From contig JBBSQY010000005.1 in NCBI GenBank assembly GCA_038243585.1, positions 37,401 through 101,400 of the forward strand: DNA of 64,000 bases, given 5' to 3'. The stretch is from Candidatus Sumerlaeales bacterium. GTDB taxonomy: Bacteria > Sumerlaeota > Sumerlaeia > Sumerlaeales > Sumerlaeaceae. Made by a program: the position numbers and the translations under genes. The notes below the pieces were generated by a model. It did not search any database. It was not told where the DNA came from and worked only from the letters and a program-made list of their open reading frames with translations. Numbering within the stretch: the first letter of the stretch is position 1; every line of letters begins with the position of its first letter. Positions 29,118 to 38,754 of the stretch are shown here, piece by piece.

Positions 29118-31514
29118 ATGTTACATATCGATATATCTATACCAGATTTTGTTAAGTATGGGCGGACAGATGCTCCCCGCTCTGCCAAGGCCCGCCACCT
29201 GGGAATCCTTATATTATTCCTATCCGCCTGTGACCTGGCATCATGCAACGCTGAATACCCTGACATGAGACCGTCGGCGACACTGCGCATGGAAGCCAAA
29301 GACCACGGCCCTGTGCTAGTGCACGGCGACGGTCCGAACGATTGCGATAAGTATGGTGCCCGCGATGTTTGGGTATGGGAAGATGACGGCAAGTATTATA
29401 TGCATTATGATGCCGCCGGTCCGAAGGGCTGGCTGGTGGCAGTGGCAGAGAGCACCGATTTGATAAATTGGGAGAAAAAGGGCACCGTGCTTGACCTCGG
29501 CACTACCCCTGCCCTCGACAGCGCTAGCGCGAGCTATGGCACCACTTATCAGGCAACTGATGGGGATTGGCATATGTTTTACCTCGGGACGCCCAATGTC
29601 ACGCCGCCGCCTGATCGGATACCCGCTTTTCCTTATCTTACAATGAAAGCCAAATCACAATCGCCTATTGGTCCCTGGACGAAACAATATGATGTCACAC
29701 CATTTCGTCCTGTCCCTGGCACCTACTATCAGGATACCGCAAGCCCCGGCCATATCATTAAACACAAAACGGAGTTTCTCCAATTTTTCAGCGCATCTAA
29801 ATCCGACGAAAGTCGCACCCGACGCACTTTGGGTCTTGCGCGCACAAAAGACCTAAATGGCCCATGGAGCGTGGACCCGCACCCCATCGTCCCGCTTGAA
29901 GAACAAATCGAAAACTCAACCATGTACTACGAACCTGAAAACCAGACATGGTTTCTTTTTACCAACCATATAGGCACGGCTGGAGTGGACGGCCCAGAGT
30001 ATACCGACGCAATATGGGTCTATTGGACAAAAGATCCCACATACTGGGATGCTCGATGCAAGGCGGTTGTGCTCGATGGCTCAAACTGTACGTGGGCCAC
30101 GACCTGTATAGGCTTGCCCAGCGTAGTTAAACATGGCAAAAAGCTTGCATTGTTTTATGACGCGCCGAAGGGCGGCGGAACCAGCCATATGGGTCGTGAC
30201 GTCGGACTTGCCTGGCTTGACCTGCCCCTCAGTCCACCTTCACAGGGACGCATTGACACTAATGGTTCCGTCATAAGCGGCTTAGATATCAAAGCAAACG
30301 GCGACAGCATTACCGTCTCTCCCGGAGCTGCTACCGTCGGGAGCAAGGAAGCCAAACTATATACTACAGCAACGCTTCTTATCACTGCTGGTACCCAGCA
30401 AAGCATTAAAGGCGAACAAATGCAACTGCCACCAGAAATCATCCCCGCCTGGATTTCCGGCGGACATCTGGCCAAGCTAAAAACCGCCAACGTAATTCCC
30501 GGAGCCCTTGTGCCCGAATCCCTTCAGGTTCGGTTGCCTGATGGAGCACTTCTCAAACAAGGAACTGATTATGTAGCCGAAGGCCGGTGGGGTAAATTGG
30601 CCTGTGGGCCTTCCGGTCGTGTATCCACTGAAACCCAAGTTCTGGTTGATTACAAGTTCGGTCTTTTGCGCCTTGACGGCGTTGACATTTTGCCCGATGG
30701 GATGGTGATAACGGTGACTGGTGTACCGGACTTTGTCTGTCCGACGCCACCGCCTGTTACTACCGGCGGGCTGAGGCTGGCGAACATATTTCGTCCGTAC
30801 AACTCACAAAAAGTTGAATCGTGGCATATCTTTGTTGCCGGGCAACCTTTTCCAGAACCAACCCAAGCAGAAAAGGTTCAACTATCTCAGCCTGTGCGGC
30901 AGACCCTGGCTAAGCTCCGCGCAGGAAAACCTGTTCACATTGTAACTTGGGGCGACAGTGTCACAGCCGGCGGAGATGCATCTAAGCCAGAACTAGCTTA
31001 CGCAAACTTGTTTATTACACGACTGCGCGAACGCTTTCCAAAAGCCGCAATTACTCACACAAACTCTGCAATCGGCGGCACTAACACCTCTCAACGGCTT
31101 CCTGATTTTGAAAAAGAAGTGTTGGCCCATAAGCCTGATCTTGTAACCATGGAATTTGTTAACGACATGAATTTCCCGGTTTCTGAACTCCAGAAAAACT
31201 GGAATCAGGCATTAACGCAAGTGAATGCGTCCGGTGCAGAGGCAGTTGTTATTACACCCCACTTTACAATGCCTGAGTTCATGGGCAACGCCCACCCACG
31301 CGGTACAGAGGTGCGCCAGGATGTCCGCTGGCTTAAGCTCATTGCAAAGCAGAATGCTGCAGGTCTTGCAGATACGTCCCGTCGCTGGGCACATCTTGAA
31401 ACTGAAGGCGTTCCGTATATCACGCTCCTGCATAATGGCATTAATCACCCGAATGACCGCGGACATGAGATGTTCGTCAAAGACCTGATGAGCCTCTTTC
31501 CGCTAAAGGATTAA
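29118..31514 (+). CDS. Secreted fusion: five-bladed beta-propeller glycosidase-like domain, beta-rich linker and SGNH/GDSL esterase
   Basis: YYMHYD, AESTDLINWEK and DLNGPW propeller motifs; GDSVT, GG, EFVND and NHPN SGNH blocks; start uncertain. Confidence 0.7.
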   Translation: MLHIDISIPDFVKYGRTDAPRSAKARHLGILILFLSACDLASCNAEYPDMRPSATLRMEAKDHGPVLVHGDGPNDCDKYGARDVWVWEDDGKYYMHYDAAGPKGWLVAVAESTDLINWEKKGTVLDLGTTPALDSASASYGTTYQATDGDWHMFYLGTPNVTPPPDRIPAFPYLTMKAKSQSPIGPWTKQYDVTPFRPVPGTYYQDTASPGHIIKHKTEFLQFFSASKSDESRTRRTLGLARTKDLNGPWSVDPHPIVPLEEQIENSTMYYEPENQTWFLFTNHIGTAGVDGPEYTDAIWVYWTKDPTYWDARCKAVVLDGSNCTWATTCIGLPSVVKHGKKLALFYDAPKGGGTSHMGRDVGLAWLDLPLSPPSQGRIDTNGSVISGLDIKANGDSITVSPGAATVGSKEAKLYTTATLLITAGTQQSIKGEQMQLPPEIIPAWISGGHLAKLKTANVIPGALVPESLQVRLPDGALLKQGTDYVAEGRWGKLACGPSGRVSTETQVLVDYKFGLLRLDGVDILPDGMVITVTGVPDFVCPTPPPVTTGGLRLANIFRPYNSQKVESWHIFVAGQPFPEPTQAEKVQLSQPVRQTLAKLRAGKPVHIVTWGDSVTAGGDASKPELAYANLFITRLRERFPKAAITHTNSAIGGTNTSQRLPDFEKEVLAHKPDLVTMEFVNDMNFPVSELQKNWNQALTQVNASGAEAVVITPHFTMPEFMGNAHPRGTEVRQDVRWLKLIAKQNAAGLADTSRRWAHLETEGVPYITLLHNGINHPNDRGHEMFVKDLMSLFPLKD

Positions 31515-31518
31515 CGCA

Positions 31519-32850
31519 ATGGAAAAACCCCGTGGATTAATAGACCTGGATTTCCGCATACGCCGCGCGGCGCTGGTACTGCTTTATCTTTCAATCGCGG
31601 GATTGTTAGCCGTCATGCTATATTATGCTCGACCGGCCATTGAGTTCGTCCTTACTGTACTATCTCCATTTATCGTCGCGCTTATTGTGGCTTATATATT
31701 TAACCCGATTGTAAACTGGCTTCAGCGGCGTTTTAAACTTGGGAGAATTAGCGGGGTGGTAATAACCTACGGACTCATCCTGACCATCACCGCCGGATTC
31801 TTTGCAATCCTTTTACCGATACTTTATGGTCAGTTGAGAACCGGTATCACTAGCATAGTTAGTAACTCCCCGGATGTCATGGCTAAAGCCAGCACCTGGT
31901 TGCGACTTCATGTGTCATCTGCCGAGCTTGATCAGGCCCGCGAGCTGCTGAAACGTAACGTCGATTTAAGCGCGATTACGGGCCGGGCCGGCGACGCGGT
32001 GGGTCAGGCTTTTGACACGACCCGATTCATAACCAAAGCCATCGGCACAACCATCGGCGTCATCATCGGGTTTTTTGCCTTTGTTTCTTTTGTAGTGGTA
32101 ATCTGCTTTTATTTTCTCTTGGATTACAACCGCTTCGAACACATCGCCCGCGTCCTGTTGCCCGAAGATAAAGAATCCAAAGTTTTTACAATCTGGGCCA
32201 GAATTGATGAAGCTCTAGGCGGATTCCTCCGCGGGCAGTTAATCGTGGCAACCACAGTAGGCGTGCTTTATACCATAGCTCTCATGCTGATGGGGATGCA
32301 AGAGTATGCTGTGCTGGTTGGTTTTCTTGCCGGTTTTGGCAACATGATACCCTACCTGGGACCGGTCATTGGCGGCGTACCAACGGCCCTTTGGATCCTA
32401 TTTGGCAACACCTACAGTACGGGCGATGAGAAGATGATTGGAATTGGCATCATTATTTTGTTCAGCATTGCTGTGCAGTCCCTTGACGGATTTTTCCTGC
32501 AGCCACGCATTGTCGGAAAGAATGCGGAACTGCATCCCCTACTGGTACTGCTGGCGCTGCTTATTGGAGCTCAGTTTGGCCTTGGGGGAATGATAATAGC
32601 GGTTCCCGCCGCTATCATGTTACGCATGATCCTAAAGGAGGTATGGTGGGATCCCCTGGAGCGCCAGGAATACGAAAACAAGCGCATTGCATTTTCAACG
32701 ACTACGCCGCCTCAATTTCCTGCCCCTAAGTTCCCGCCTATCATGGCGGAAACTATTCCCCGTGAGGAAACAGCAGTTTCACCGGCACCACCAGATTCTC
32801 AAGAAACAACGAAACCACCAAGGCGGTCAAGAAATCGGCGTCGCCGTTAA
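31519..32850 (+). CDS. AI-2E (PerM) family transporter
   Basis: PFIVALIVAYIFNP, GFLRGQ, IPYLGP, QPRIVG and LHP motifs. Confidence 0.88.
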   Translation: MEKPRGLIDLDFRIRRAALVLLYLSIAGLLAVMLYYARPAIEFVLTVLSPFIVALIVAYIFNPIVNWLQRRFKLGRISGVVITYGLILTITAGFFAILLPILYGQLRTGITSIVSNSPDVMAKASTWLRLHVSSAELDQARELLKRNVDLSAITGRAGDAVGQAFDTTRFITKAIGTTIGVIIGFFAFVSFVVVICFYFLLDYNRFEHIARVLLPEDKESKVFTIWARIDEALGGFLRGQLIVATTVGVLYTIALMLMGMQEYAVLVGFLAGFGNMIPYLGPVIGGVPTALWILFGNTYSTGDEKMIGIGIIILFSIAVQSLDGFFLQPRIVGKNAELHPLLVLLALLIGAQFGLGGMIIAVPAAIMLRMILKEVWWDPLERQEYENKRIAFSTTTPPQFPAPKFPPIMAETIPREETAVSPAPPDSQETTKPPRRSRNRRRR

Positions 32851-33582
32851 TGGGGCGCTTATCGGCTCTACATCCCCAAGATGGACATCCGCGTTTACCG
32901 GAACAACTTTCCCTTCGTTGAGAGTTATCATGGGAACGCCGTATTTTTCAACCAGCGGATCGTGCGTCACGACGATCACAGTTGCTCCTTTTTCTCGATT
33001 ATATCGAAAAAGCAGCTCAAGAATTTCACGGCTGGTTTCCGTATCTAAGCTACCCGTTGGCTCGTCCGCCAAAATGAGCCGCGGGTGATTCGCGATGGCT
33101 CGCGCAATCGCTACCCGCTGTTTTTGTCCGCCAGACAATACTCCAGCCTTGGTACGAACAAGGTCGCTAAGTCCTACTTCCCTCAAAGCCTCCGCCGCCC
33201 GCGCTCGCGCTCCTGAAACAGAATGCTTGCCCAATAGCAGAGGCACCATAACGTTGTCCAAAGTGGTACGACTTTCCCGTAAAAAGAAGTTTTGAAAAAT
33301 AAAACCTACCCTCTCATTTCGAAACGCGGCCAGTTCACCGTCCGACATCTTTTCAAGGTATCGACCTTCAAATGATACCGAACCTGAATCGGGACGATCA
33401 ATGCCGCCGCATAAGTTCAGCAGTGTTGTTTTTCCGGCGCCGCTTCTCCCTATAATTGCAGTAAACGAACCTTGTCTAAACTCGAAATCTGCTTGGTCAA
33501 GCACTGGCACTCTGCGCGAACCTGAATGAAATACTCTGGTTACACCATGCCCTGACAAAAGAATATCCTGTGTGGTAGTCAT
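32827..33582 (-). CDS. ABC transporter ATP-binding protein (LolD/MacB-like), no adjacent permease
   Basis: GRSGAGKT, GFIFQ, LSGGQKQRVAIARA, ADEPTG and VTHD. Confidence 0.88.
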   Translation of the reverse strand: MTTTQDILLSGHGVTRVFHSGSRRVPVLDQADFEFRQGSFTAIIGRSGAGKTTLLNLCGGIDRPDSGSVSFEGRYLEKMSDGELAAFRNERVGFIFQNFFLRESRTTLDNVMVPLLLGKHSVSGARARAAEALREVGLSDLVRTKAGVLSGGQKQRVAIARAIANHPRLILADEPTGSLDTETSREILELLFRYNREKGATVIVVTHDPLVEKYGVPMITLNEGKVVPVNADVHLGDVEPISAPLTATPIS

Positions 33583-33644
33583 AAGATTTGAAGCTATGCT
33601 TTTACCTCTCGACAATATGCAATCTTTTTACCAGGAGTTCCCCG

Positions 33645-34172
33645 GTGTCCAGTCTTAAACAAATCCTGCGCCGAATGTTTTCCACACCGGAAGACGTGGA
33701 CCTTCGCAGCCATGTGGGTTATTTTTTCTCTCAAAGGATTTTGGGGATCAATAGGGTCGCGCGCTGGCCAGTTCACTGGACCTCGCGGATCGTTCAGCCG
33801 GAAAAAGTTTCCCTGGGCCGGGCCAGTTATCCCGGAGATATGCCCGGGTGTTATATTCAGGCGAATAATGGCATTGAGATAGGCGACTATTGCCTGTTTG
33901 GTCCGAACGTAGGTCTCGTGAGCGCAAGTCATGATCCGGAAAATCCTCGTCTGCACCTATTAGCTGCTCCCATTAAAATTGGAAATCATTGCTGGATCGG
34001 CATGAATGCAATCATTTTGCCCGGGGTCCAGCTCGGTCCTCACACTAGTGTCGGAGCCGGGGCTGTGGTCACGAAAAGTTTTCTTGACGGCCATTGCGTG
34101 CTCGCTGGCAATCCTGCACAGATTATTAAACGTGTTAAACCTACCAAACCCGTATCAGCCGTTGCGCCTTAA
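33645..34172 (+). CDS. Hexapeptide-repeat O-acyltransferase
   Basis: IGNHCWIGMNAIILPGV, VGAGAVVTK and AGNPA; AGGAG 7 nt before GTG 33645. Confidence 0.85.
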   Translation: MSSLKQILRRMFSTPEDVDLRSHVGYFFSQRILGINRVARWPVHWTSRIVQPEKVSLGRASYPGDMPGCYIQANNGIEIGDYCLFGPNVGLVSASHDPENPRLHLLAAPIKIGNHCWIGMNAIILPGVQLGPHTSVGAGAVVTKSFLDGHCVLAGNPAQIIKRVKPTKPVSAVAP

Positions 34173-35133
34173 GCGCCAAGTCGATCCGTTTAGAAGTACA
34201 ACAATACACTGCATTATAAGACCGAACGACAGGATTAAACCCCTCTTTGAATCGGGTAATGGATGGTGTATTAGCGCCAACAAAGTCAAAGACCTCCCAG
34301 TTGCCGTCCAAGTGATCTTTCAGTATCTGCCATACAAGCAGACTACTAATGCCTGACTTTAAAGCCGGCGTATTAGTAGCGGCCAGCTCATAGTATACCT
34401 GACCATTGTACCTTAGAGCGACTAAGAACGAATCCATTACTCCGTCGCGCCAGGCGCAATATCGCCGACGATTGCCGGTTAATGCATCTCCACCCGCAAT
34501 CTCTAAAAACAACTTCTTTGGCACGGGGCATTTTTCACCGTGACGAGCAAATGTTTCACGAAAAATTTCGTAGCCCTGCTCTCCGTTCCACCTGTTCGAA
34601 ATCTCAAACCCAGACTTTTCTGCTTTCTTAATATTACGCCGCACCTGGCCGCTGAAGCCAGTCCATAGCTTTTCTTCAGGCTGCTGCAAGTCAAGCTCCA
34701 AGGTTCGCCGCGGCGTCATGTGATATCCGCTGCTGACGAGATGCTGCAAACCCGTAAGTCCCGGTGCGCATTGCAAATTTTGGTATCGAAAATTGCGCAA
34801 GTAAGAAGATAGGACAGTCAGTGAATGTCCTTCGGCAAAATTCTTTTTTTCTTCTCCGGATGTCGGCGCGATAAAACCAGCATAAGGCGTGCACAATGGC
34901 ATGACCGCTGTTGCCACCCCAAGTCTGTTCCTTAGAAGTGCGCAGAATCCTCCAACCAGCCGGTTATTATCAAAAGCTCCAAAGATTGTATAAACCCCAT
35001 CATCATAAGCTGCGTTTATGACTGATTTCCAGATAGTAGTATGGAACAAGCTACCCATCCCACAGTTCCGGACAAATGCATCCCATGACGACTCTTCATG
35101 AGCTTCCAGGGGTCTAACTATGATCTCCGTCAT
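34141..35133 (-). CDS. FemAB-like GNAT-family acyltransferase
   Basis: WDAFV..SLFH...W, RRNIKKAEK and FDFVGA...FKEGF. Confidence 0.8.
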   Translation of the reverse strand: MTEIIVRPLEAHEESSWDAFVRNCGMGSLFHTTIWKSVINAAYDDGVYTIFGAFDNNRLVGGFCALLRNRLGVATAVMPLCTPYAGFIAPTSGEEKKNFAEGHSLTVLSSYLRNFRYQNLQCAPGLTGLQHLVSSGYHMTPRRTLELDLQQPEEKLWTGFSGQVRRNIKKAEKSGFEISNRWNGEQGYEIFRETFARHGEKCPVPKKLFLEIAGGDALTGNRRRYCAWRDGVMDSFLVALRYNGQVYYELAATNTPALKSGISSLLVWQILKDHLDGNWEVFDFVGANTPSITRFKEGFNPVVRSYNAVYCCTSKRIDLALKAQRLIRVW

Positions 35134-36281
35134 ACCGGATCCGAATCTCCCAGAAGTTCCTCGTAGATCGCCAACACTTTTTCTTCCATCTGTTTACGGG
35201 AAAAGTGTTCCTTTATCCGCCGACTTCCAGCGTTCGCCAGTGCAGTACGCTTTATAGGATCACATGACAACTTCACAATCTGGTCAGCAAGGGAATCGAC
35301 GCTGCCGGCAGTAAATAGCTGTCCGCATAAACCATGTTGCACTAAATTATTGAGTCCGCCAGTGTCAGCTACTAGCGTCGGCACACCACAGACCATCGCC
35401 TCAGCTGCCGCCAGCCCGAAAGACTCGATTCGAGACGGCTGCACGTAAAGATCAAGGAAAGGCAGAAATTTCTCCAAGCCAGGCTCAAAACCAAAAAATT
35501 GGATGGCATGATCAACCTTGAGCTCTCCAGCCCTCGCAACCAGCCGTTCCCGGTCTGGCCCCTCCCCCCACACCACGCAGCGCGCCAGCGGATTTTCAGC
35601 TAAAATCTTCGGCATGGCCTCCAGCAGTAAATCATAACCCTTTATTTTTCGCAGGTTTCCCGCTGAACCAATTAAAAAAATATTACGGTTTCCACTTTTT
35701 GGAAAACAAGTTGCTAGAAACGATTTTCGGTCGACGGCACGACCCGGACAGAACCGATCCGTATCTACGCCGTTCGGTACTACCCGCACCCTACCACGCT
35801 TCACACCGCGAGAAATCAACTGATTCGCAGCGCTTTCAGAAACACTAAGGACTATATCCATCATCGAGAGCAATCGCGGCATTATCATGTCCATTACCTT
35901 TCCACGTGCAACGCCCTTCTCCTGCCACTCATGCGCTCCGTGATCGGCTGCGACCCATTTTATCTTTCGCTGTAATGTCATGCGCGTAATGGCCGCGCCG
36001 ATCGTAGGCCTCGCCAGAGCGACATGAACAATGTCCGGCTGAAACTTTTTTATGTGCCGGCGTAGATCTAATACGTTACGGGCCATGGAACAACCAAATA
36101 CCCGAGCTTGCATACCGCTGACATTAAGTTGGCTTTGCAATTCGCCTCCGCGAGACCATGCTAAAAACATTACCTCGCAACCGACCGCATGCATTGATTT
36201 TCCCAATGCAGTAGTTATTGCAGTAGGCGAATCGTTTTCAAACGCGTTTACAAGATAAAGAATTCGCCTTCCACGTATCAT
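35130..36281 (-). CDS. Glycosyltransferase family 4
   Basis: PNGVD, KG, ESFGLAAAEAM and TGG. Confidence 0.9.
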   Translation of the reverse strand: MIRGRRILYLVNAFENDSPTAITTALGKSMHAVGCEVMFLAWSRGGELQSQLNVSGMQARVFGCSMARNVLDLRRHIKKFQPDIVHVALARPTIGAAITRMTLQRKIKWVAADHGAHEWQEKGVARGKVMDMIMPRLLSMMDIVLSVSESAANQLISRGVKRGRVRVVPNGVDTDRFCPGRAVDRKSFLATCFPKSGNRNIFLIGSAGNLRKIKGYDLLLEAMPKILAENPLARCVVWGEGPDRERLVARAGELKVDHAIQFFGFEPGLEKFLPFLDLYVQPSRIESFGLAAAEAMVCGVPTLVADTGGLNNLVQHGLCGQLFTAGSVDSLADQIVKLSCDPIKRTALANAGSRRIKEHFSRKQMEEKVLAIYEELLGDSDPV

Positions 36282-36988
36282 AAATTTTCATCAAACGTAG
36301 TGCTTTCATCCACTGAATGCAATGTGGATAGCCCATATTTATGGATGCGTTTGCGCAGAGTATTTCTCGTAATTCCTAAAAATCGCGCAGCATGAGACTG
36401 GTTTCCCTCACAGGAAGTCAAAGCCCGTTTTACAAGATGGCGTTCCACAACATCAAATGCGTCCAAGCCTGGTTCAAGGGGCTGGCGCCGTTCAAGCTCC
36501 ACAAACAAATCATCAAATATCTGATCCCCGGCGATGCGTTCTCCAAGATCCATCGCGACTTGAGCAGGAGTAACTGCCGCAGCTGGACTGTCGATAATAT
36601 TTCCGTTGGTCTCAGAGATTTGGCTGACATCGTCCATTGCTTTCCCAAGATGTTTCCGGAGCTCTCCTGCTGTAAAAGGTTTATGCAAAACTGAAAACGC
36701 TCCTGAATCTTTTGCAAACGAATCAAATCGTTTGTTTCCGGAAGTCGTCATTATTATCACTGGACATTTTAACCGCTCCTGGAGAATCGTAAGCGGGAGC
36801 TTCTCCCCTGTACCAGCCAGTATGGAATCATCGGTCAGCACTACGGCATATCCTGTCTCTGTTGCTGACCACTCCACAGTCTCTGAAAATTGGGTTTCAA
36901 TTTCCGGGCCAAGAGAAACCCGTCTCAAGGCAAATCTCACAGACGCATCTTTTTCTATAATAAGAATACGCTTTTTTGCTCCGCTCAA
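36278..36988 (-). CDS. Response regulator: receiver plus Fis-type HTH, no AAA+ domain
   Basis: ILIIE, VVLTDD, VIIMT and KPF; C-terminal ALTSCEGNQSHAARFLGITRNTLRKRI. Confidence 0.8.
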   Translation of the reverse strand: MSGAKKRILIIEKDASVRFALRRVSLGPEIETQFSETVEWSATETGYAVVLTDDSILAGTGEKLPLTILQERLKCPVIIMTTSGNKRFDSFAKDSGAFSVLHKPFTAGELRKHLGKAMDDVSQISETNGNIIDSPAAAVTPAQVAMDLGERIAGDQIFDDLFVELERRQPLEPGLDAFDVVERHLVKRALTSCEGNQSHAARFLGITRNTLRKRIHKYGLSTLHSVDESTTFDENL

Positions 36989-38754
36989 GGCTGGTTATCC
37001 AGCGCAGGCATCGTCAGGCTGACCGATGTGCCGTGATCTGCGGCATTCCTTACAGTCAGCCGTCCGCCGTACTTACCAACTAGCTTTTCACTTACAAAAA
37101 GCCCAAGCCCAGAACGGGAGCCTGTATCCCGAGCAAAAGGATCAAATAAATCATCACATGCATCTGGGCTTAAGCCCACCCCCGTATCTCGTACATTAAT
37201 GCGCACCATGGGACTTCCTCCCTTGTCCTCCGGACCAGCAACTAAGGACGTAGATACATTTAGTATTCCGCCGTGCCACATCGCATCCATAGCATTGTTA
37301 ACGGATTGCAGAACCACCTGCTGAATTTCCCCTGCGTCCGCAAGAACCCGTGGGAGATCAGAAGTAAGCCGTTTATGGATCAAAACCTGCCGCGCCGCCA
37401 GTTTGTGCTGACATAGAGCGAGGACATCTTCAACGATCGTGTTCATATCCAGCCATTCCAGCTGGGGTGTGTGTCTGCCAGCCAGTTCCTGCAGCCGGGC
37501 TACTGTCTGATCTATTCTGTGTAGGCTGTCAGTCAAAATTTCATAGTCCGCGCCGCGCCCGGGCGGAAATGCCCCTTCATCTCGAAGAGCATCCAGCACA
37601 AGATGGCTCGCCGCCAGCGGATTTCGAACTCTGATAGCAATTTCTTCTGCCAGTGCCTGCAAGGTAACTCCTCGCTCAGCCAGGCGGACATCGTCTGCTG
37701 CTGCAATGAGACGATGGTGCTGCCTGGCATTCTCAATAGCAACCCCACACAAGCTTGCGTAAGCTTTAAAGAGCCGCATTTCTTCTGCTTCAAAATGCCG
37801 TGGGTCAGATGTATAAATATTTAAAATACCCACGAGGCGCTGCTGATAATAAACTGGAACGGCGAGCAGCGTTGTCTTTCGCTCCTGTTTTTGCATTTTG
37901 CCCGGGCGACGACCCGCAGTCTTTCTCACCTCCAGCACACGCACGGGTTCACCTCGCGCAGACAGCTTTTCCACCAAACTATCAGTCGTCTCGCGGCGCT
38001 GCGTGTAATGTCCGGATCCACCGCTTGAGGCGCTCAACTGGAGGTCATGCCCCTTGCCAACTAGCAGTACTGTACATTGTTTCACATCAACAATGGAAAG
38101 CAAAGACTGTGTTACACGGTTAAGAACCTCTGACAGTGGGTCAGTACTGATCAATCCCTGTCCAATTTCAAAAAGGCTTTCCAATCGTTCAGTATGCCTA
38201 ACCAGACGGTCATACTTTCTCGATGTTGCGACGATCCTGCTTACCTGGCCTGCTATGGCCAGAAGAAGCCGTTCATCTTCGTCCGAAAATGGAATGGGTT
38301 GCTTTCGAGAGACATACAGAACACCCGGTAACTCTCCATCGCCTCCCAGCGATACGGCGATCTCGGCCTCTTCACTCTGCCTGTTAAAGGATCTTTGCAA
38401 ATCGCTGTTGCGAAGAGAAAGCACTGCAATATGATTGACATCCAAAATGCTAGGATCAGAGAATTCTGTATCTTCGGAGCCATGCGCGGCTTCTATTCTC
38501 AAATGGCTCTCGGCAGTAAAATCCTCAAATCCTATAAAAACCCTAGATGCACCATAAGCATCTGCCGTCTCCCGCACGATCCTTCGTAGCAACGTCGCGC
38601 TGTTTGCGGTCGAGTTTATTAAATCGGCAATTCGGTGTAAAACTTTTAACTGCCTTGGCTTATGTGAGCCTCGCCGCGCCGTCGGCAAGACCACATCTGC
38701 TTTCATATTGCTCCCCGGATCTTTAGCAGCAGGTTTAAAAGTCCGCTCCTTCAA
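36985..38754 (-). CDS. GAF-GAF sensor kinase-like protein lacking the phosphoacceptor His
   Basis: Two GAF domains; H-box reads IAIRVRNPL; N, G1, F and G2 boxes present. Confidence 0.85.
   Translation of the reverse strand: MKERTFKPAAKDPGSNMKADVVLPTARRGSHKPRQLKVLHRIADLINSTANSATLLRRIVRETADAYGASRVFIGFEDFTAESHLRIEAAHGSEDTEFSDPSILDVNHIAVLSLRNSDLQRSFNRQSEEAEIAVSLGGDGELPGVLYVSRKQPIPFSDEDERLLLAIAGQVSRIVATSRKYDRLVRHTERLESLFEIGQGLISTDPLSEVLNRVTQSLLSIVDVKQCTVLLVGKGHDLQLSASSGGSGHYTQRRETTDSLVEKLSARGEPVRVLEVRKTAGRRPGKMQKQERKTTLLAVPVYYQQRLVGILNIYTSDPRHFEAEEMRLFKAYASLCGVAIENARQHHRLIAAADDVRLAERGVTLQALAEEIAIRVRNPLAASHLVLDALRDEGAFPPGRGADYEILTDSLHRIDQTVARLQELAGRHTPQLEWLDMNTIVEDVLALCQHKLAARQVLIHKRLTSDLPRVLADAGEIQQVVLQSVNNAMDAMWHGGILNVSTSLVAGPEDKGGSPMVRINVRDTGVGLSPDACDDLFDPFARDTGSRSGLGLFVSEKLVGKYGGRLTVRNAADHGTSVSLTMPALDNQP

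Noticed and set aside
29012..29392. N-terminal extension of the RluA ORF in the track
   Set aside because: It overlaps the divergent glycosidase gene; the recognisable domain starts near TTG 29011.
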